64,000 bases of DNA, taken from the sequence record MT880872.1; one strand, 5' to 3'. The position numbers and the translations under genes are program-made. Below the pieces are notes generated by a model. It was given only the letters and a program-made list of their open reading frames with translations. It was not told the DNA's origin and searched no databases. Shown here piece by piece: positions 60,172 through 64,000 of the stretch. Each line of letters starts with the position of its first letter. The stretch's first letter is position 1. Origin of the DNA: Staphylococcus phage PhiSepi-HH3.

Positions 60172-62565
60172 ATGAGAAGAAATTTAATTAATAATTATCG
60201 TTTCTTAGAATTCCCACAAGAGACTTCTATTGAAATTAAACAAGGTGACTTTACTCCTATCTCTGTTAAATTGGACTCTACTGAGATGATTAAAGATGAT
60301 GGTAAAGACGCAAAAGTTATTTTAATCAACACTGATAATGAAAAAGTATTTGAAACTAGCGTACCAGCGAAAAATAGAATTATTGAGTTTGTTATCAATA
60401 AGAACTTACCTAAAGGAAGATACTTTTTAGAAATCGTTTATAATCAAATGAAGTTTCCTTCTAGAGATTATAAAACTATCATTATTAATGGATCAGCTTC
60501 ATTAGGTAGTTTAAAAGAGATTAATATCATTAGTTCAGATGATATTAAAAATAGATTTATTTCTGAAGCTAAAAAAGAATTATCAGCGGATATTGATCAA
60601 CTAGTTAGTGAGAAACTTAATAAGTATGTCATTGAAAATCAAGAAGATTTAAAAGGTCAATCGATATCTATTGCTAACCACGAATTCGATGAAAAAGGTA
60701 ATCTAAATATTACTTTTAGCGATCAAACATTTATTCAGATACCAAAAGGAAAAGATGGCCACAACGGTGAAGATGGTCGAGATGGCTTGAACGGAAGAGA
60801 TGGTCAATCTGTAACCACTATCACTGAACGTGGAATTAGTAATAATAGCAGTGGTATCTATGTTCGTACATACAAAGTTGATCATGAAGGTATTAAACAA
60901 GATTTAATCAGTGAAACTTTCGTGTCTGATGGAAAAGATGGTAAAGATGGAACGTCAGTTGAAATCGACCATACTGAAGAAATTGACAACGACCTCAAAA
61001 TATACTTTACAAATGGCAAATCTTTATTCTTACCAAAGACAAAAGTTGTAGAAACTAATACCTCAGCCAGCACAGAAATCTCACAACTTAAAGATTTAGT
61101 AGGTGTGTTTATTGGTGATAGTATTACTGAAGTTAACTTACGAACAGAAAAGAACTACCATCAATTTATTGCTGATCGTACTGGGCTTAAAAATATTAAC
61201 TTAGGTCATAGTGGTACAGGTTATCAAGATAGAAAAAATGCTTTCACTGAAATAAAAGAGGCACCCGATTTCATCACCGTGTTCTTGGGAACAAATGACT
61301 ATGGTTTAGTTGGTGGAAAAACTAGAGAGTTAGGAACTGCGAAAGAACATAAAGCTGGAACAGTTGCGGGTAGTATTTATTATACATTATTACAACTTTC
61401 AAACTCATTCCCTACTACGCCTATTGGTGTAATGACTCCTATTCCTAGAGCTGAATGTAACCCGTTCAAAGAAGTTGCTAACTCTAAGGGATATACTTTA
61501 GGCCAATTAACTGAAGTAATTAAAGAATTGGCTAGTTCATTCTCATTCCCTGTTTTAGATTTGTATAATGAAAGTAATCTAAGAGTTTGGAATGAAACTG
61601 TTAATAAGACTTTCTTTAGTCTTTCAAATGGTTCATACGATGGTTTACACCCTAATGCTAAAGGTCATGAGTATTTATCTTATATGATTGAAAGATTTAT
61701 TGAAGATAAATTAGTTGTGGGTACACGATTTGATTACGAACATGTTGATACTACTCCAACAAGTCTAGGTAATGATGTCTTTAAAAAAGCTATTAAACCA
61801 GAAGGTATGTTTTGGAATACAACCCAAAGCCTCATTATTAATGTTACTGCTAGTGACATTGATTTAGATAAGTTTAAATTGCTGAAAATAAAATATAAAA
61901 ACTATAAAATTATTGATCCTAGTGGTATATTAAGTGGTTCTCCTTATTGGTACACTTTACCTAACTACGCTGATAAAGATAAGTTTAATAGAACTTCAGA
62001 TGTCACTGAGTTTGTTAAAGGTTTTGAAGTTATGGATATTACTGAAAGTCGTGGTAATGAATATATGCCAGATTATGTAGAATTCATATACACTCTCAAA
62101 ACTAATACAGATGTTGTAGCGGATATTAATAAAGATTACGTCTTGAAGTCTGCTGCACAACCGACTACACCTTCTACTTCAACACCTACTTCTCCAACAA
62201 CAAATACAAAAGAGAAAGTAACACCAGTTGATAATGGTGATGGAACATTTACCGCTACTATCACTCCAACTAAGATTTCTTGGAAGCAAGATCAAAGCTT
62301 CATGATTAACACAGATGGAGAACAATTAGATTTAACTGGTAAGCAAGTTAAAAAAGTAGAGTCTGGTGATTATTCAATTCTAAACCCAAATACAACTGCT
62401 TCTAACTACTTCTTCTGGTATTCTGTTCCTACTTCTACTGAAGGTACTATGTTCAATAAAACACCAGACATTAATAAATTCGTTGCTGGCTTAACTGTTG
62501 ATAAAACTGAAGCTGATGGAAGAATAGTATATAAACTTGTACCAGTAAAAATTACATACAAATAA
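60172..62565 (+). CDS. Collagen-like (G-x-y) repeat protein with an SGNH/GDSL hydrolase domain and a C-terminal Thr/Pro linker plus a beta domain. Likely a virion-associated cell-wall esterase.
   Basis: GKDGHNGEDGRDGLNGRDGQS. SGNH blocks FIGDSITE, GTNDY and DGLHPN. Confidence 0.65.
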   Translation: MRRNLINNYRFLEFPQETSIEIKQGDFTPISVKLDSTEMIKDDGKDAKVILINTDNEKVFETSVPAKNRIIEFVINKNLPKGRYFLEIVYNQMKFPSRDYKTIIINGSASLGSLKEINIISSDDIKNRFISEAKKELSADIDQLVSEKLNKYVIENQEDLKGQSISIANHEFDEKGNLNITFSDQTFIQIPKGKDGHNGEDGRDGLNGRDGQSVTTITERGISNNSSGIYVRTYKVDHEGIKQDLISETFVSDGKDGKDGTSVEIDHTEEIDNDLKIYFTNGKSLFLPKTKVVETNTSASTEISQLKDLVGVFIGDSITEVNLRTEKNYHQFIADRTGLKNINLGHSGTGYQDRKNAFTEIKEAPDFITVFLGTNDYGLVGGKTRELGTAKEHKAGTVAGSIYYTLLQLSNSFPTTPIGVMTPIPRAECNPFKEVANSKGYTLGQLTEVIKELASSFSFPVLDLYNESNLRVWNETVNKTFFSLSNGSYDGLHPNAKGHEYLSYMIERFIEDKLVVGTRFDYEHVDTTPTSLGNDVFKKAIKPEGMFWNTTQSLIINVTASDIDLDKFKLLKIKYKNYKIIDPSGILSGSPYWYTLPNYADKDKFNRTSDVTEFVKGFEVMDITESRGNEYMPDYVEFIYTLKTNTDVVADINKDYVLKSAAQPTTPSTSTPTSPTTNTKEKVTPVDNGDGTFTATITPTKISWKQDQSFMINTDGEQLDLTGKQVKKVESGDYSILNPNTTASNYFFWYSVPTSTEGTMFNKTPDINKFVAGLTVDKTEADGRIVYKLVPVKITYK

Positions 62566-62577
62566 CATATAAAAATC

Positions 62578-62610
62578 TCAAGAACTAGTTAACGCTAGTT
62601 CTTTTTTTTA
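62578..62610 (+). terminator. Hairpin agaactag-ttaacg-ctagttct followed by tttttttt
   Basis: Perfect 8-bp stem. Confidence 0.7.
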
Positions 62611-62641
62611 TTACATAAATTTAACTAAGGAGTGTTGTTCT

Positions 62642-64000
62642 TTGAAAACTCAAAAACAAGTTGCTGAAAGATTACGTGCTTACGTTAACGGTACTGTTGA
62701 TAGTCCATATCGAGTTAGAGATTGGACTCATTATGATGATGATTTTGGAACAATGGAACCGGGCTGTATTGATGTTGATCGTAGCTTCCATGCTCAATGT
62801 ATGGATCTCGTAATCGACTATTGTTTATGGATATCTGATAATCAATTTAGAATTCGTGGTAATGCAAAACAAGCTATCGACAACCCTCTTCCAAAAGGCT
62901 GGAAAATTATTCGTAATGAAAGAGCCACAGTGCCGAAACAGGGCTGGATAGGTGTTAATACAAGCACATATTATGGTCATATTTGGCTCGTTGATAAAGG
63001 TGCTACTCAAATGACTATGCCTGTTATTGAGCAAAACTGGAATTCGTTAGCGAACTTAAAACCAAAACGTAGACTTGATTACTACTATGGTTGTACTCAC
63101 TTTATCGTTCCGCCAATTAGTTCAAATAATGCTATTGTGAGAGCTGCTAAGAACGTTTTACCTAGTCCTAAACCTATGAAAGTATTACTTGTAGCTGGAC
63201 ATGGTAAAGGTGCTTATTCAAACGATCCTGGTGTAGTAAATACTGAATTAGATATTTGTGAAAGAGACTTTGTTAGACAAAAAATCGTTCCTAATGTTGC
63301 TAAGTATCTTAAACAAGCAGAAGTAAATGTTCAGTTGTATGGTGGTTCTACTATGAACCAAGACATGTACCAAGACACTAGATATGGTGTTAATCTTGGA
63401 GATACTAAGAGATATGGAATGTACTGGGCTGCTCGACAAGGTTTCGATCAAATTGTTGAATTCCATTTGGACGCAGCTAGTCCACAAGCTTCTGGTGGTC
63501 ATGTAATTATTGATAATAACGTATATCAAGATAAGATTGATGAAAGACTTCATAAAGTTATTGATAAATACGTTGGTACAATTCGAGGTATAGACAAGCG
63601 TGATAACTTATTGAATGCTAACGTATCTGCCGACCTAAACCAAAATTATAGATTAGTTGAATTAGGTTTCATTACTAATAAAACTGATGTAAGAAATATC
63701 GAGAGACATCTTGAAGCTTTCACTAAAGAAATGGCTGAAGCTATTGTTGGTAATGTTATCGGTAATAACTTAGGTTCTCAAGATATAAAGCCTTCTACTA
63801 AAAAAGGTACTAAATCTAAACCTTCTAAGAAAAAACCTGAACCTCAACAAATTGAGTGGAAGTGGTCTGGCACTTTCTACCCTAATACATCGATCAAAGT
63901 TAGAAGAAACTGGGGGCTTAACGGTGAAGAAGTTCCTAGAAAATTCTGGCTTAATGGAGAAAAAGACTGGGTATATATCCATTCAGTTATCAAAGATACT
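62642..64000 (+). CDS. Endolysin with CHAP peptidase, amidase_3 (N-acetylmuramoyl-L-alanine amidase) and SH3b wall-binding domains; 3' end beyond the window
   Basis: TTG start 8 nt after AAGGAG. The frame is open to 64000. It is missing from the track only because it is unterminated. CHAP Cys in GCIDVD and His in GHIWL; amidase_3 LLVAGHGKG; SH3b-like C-terminus. Confidence 0.8.
   Translation, partial: MKTQKQVAERLRAYVNGTVDSPYRVRDWTHYDDDFGTMEPGCIDVDRSFHAQCMDLVIDYCLWISDNQFRIRGNAKQAIDNPLPKGWKIIRNERATVPKQGWIGVNTSTYYGHIWLVDKGATQMTMPVIEQNWNSLANLKPKRRLDYYYGCTHFIVPPISSNNAIVRAAKNVLPSPKPMKVLLVAGHGKGAYSNDPGVVNTELDICERDFVRQKIVPNVAKYLKQAEVNVQLYGGSTMNQDMYQDTRYGVNLGDTKRYGMYWAARQGFDQIVEFHLDAASPQASGGHVIIDNNVYQDKIDERLHKVIDKYVGTIRGIDKRDNLLNANVSADLNQNYRLVELGFITNKTDVRNIERHLEAFTKEMAEAIVGNVIGNNLGSQDIKPSTKKGTKSKPSKKKPEPQQIEWKWSGTFYPNTSIKVRRNWGLNGEEVPRKFWLNGEKDWVYIHSVIKDT

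Noticed and set aside
1-64000. CRISPR arrays and canonical tRNA or rRNA genes
   Set aside because: No regularly spaced short repeat-spacer arrays and no recognisable cloverleaf or rRNA segments were seen anywhere in the window.

Overview
This is about 64 kb of a low-GC (roughly 30%) tailed-phage or prophage genome of the Staphylococcus-like, Bacillota-infecting type. There is no tail-sheath gene, so the tail is siphovirus-like. The 2164-aa tape-measure protein implies a very long tail. The layout is in two arms. The left arm (1-18065) is almost entirely minus-strand. It holds a tyrosine-recombinase-like gene and a DGQHR (DndB-like) gene, then a run of small early genes that includes two ArdA-like anti-restriction proteins, several very acidic small proteins and a beta-clamp-like protein, then a 3.5 kb ORF-free block of extreme base composition with iterons and repeats, a putative replication organiser, and a RecD-like helicase gene split by an IS110-family insertion. 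The right arm (18111-64000) is plus-strand. It starts with a Zn-ribbon DNA-binding protein, an HU-like protein and an Mre11/SbcD-like phosphoesterase, then a 1.6 kb ORF-free, structured, GC-elevated region ending in an intrinsic terminator, then a complete late module: TerS, TerL, portal, protease/scaffold, capsid, connectors, major tail protein, tail chaperones, a tyrosine-recombinase-like gene sitting inside the tail module, the tape measure with lysozyme-like and M23 domains, Dit, a 2681-aa Tal-fibre, a second fibre with an S74 chaperone domain, and a lysis cassette (membrane protein, XhlA-like protein, holin, collagen/SGNH esterase, CHAP+amidase_3+SH3b endolysin). A conserved promoter-like motif (AAGAAATAAnATATAAT) sits in front of at least 12 early genes in the correct orientation on both arms. 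I found no tRNA and no CRISPR. Everything below is read from the sequence by eye, with no database searches.
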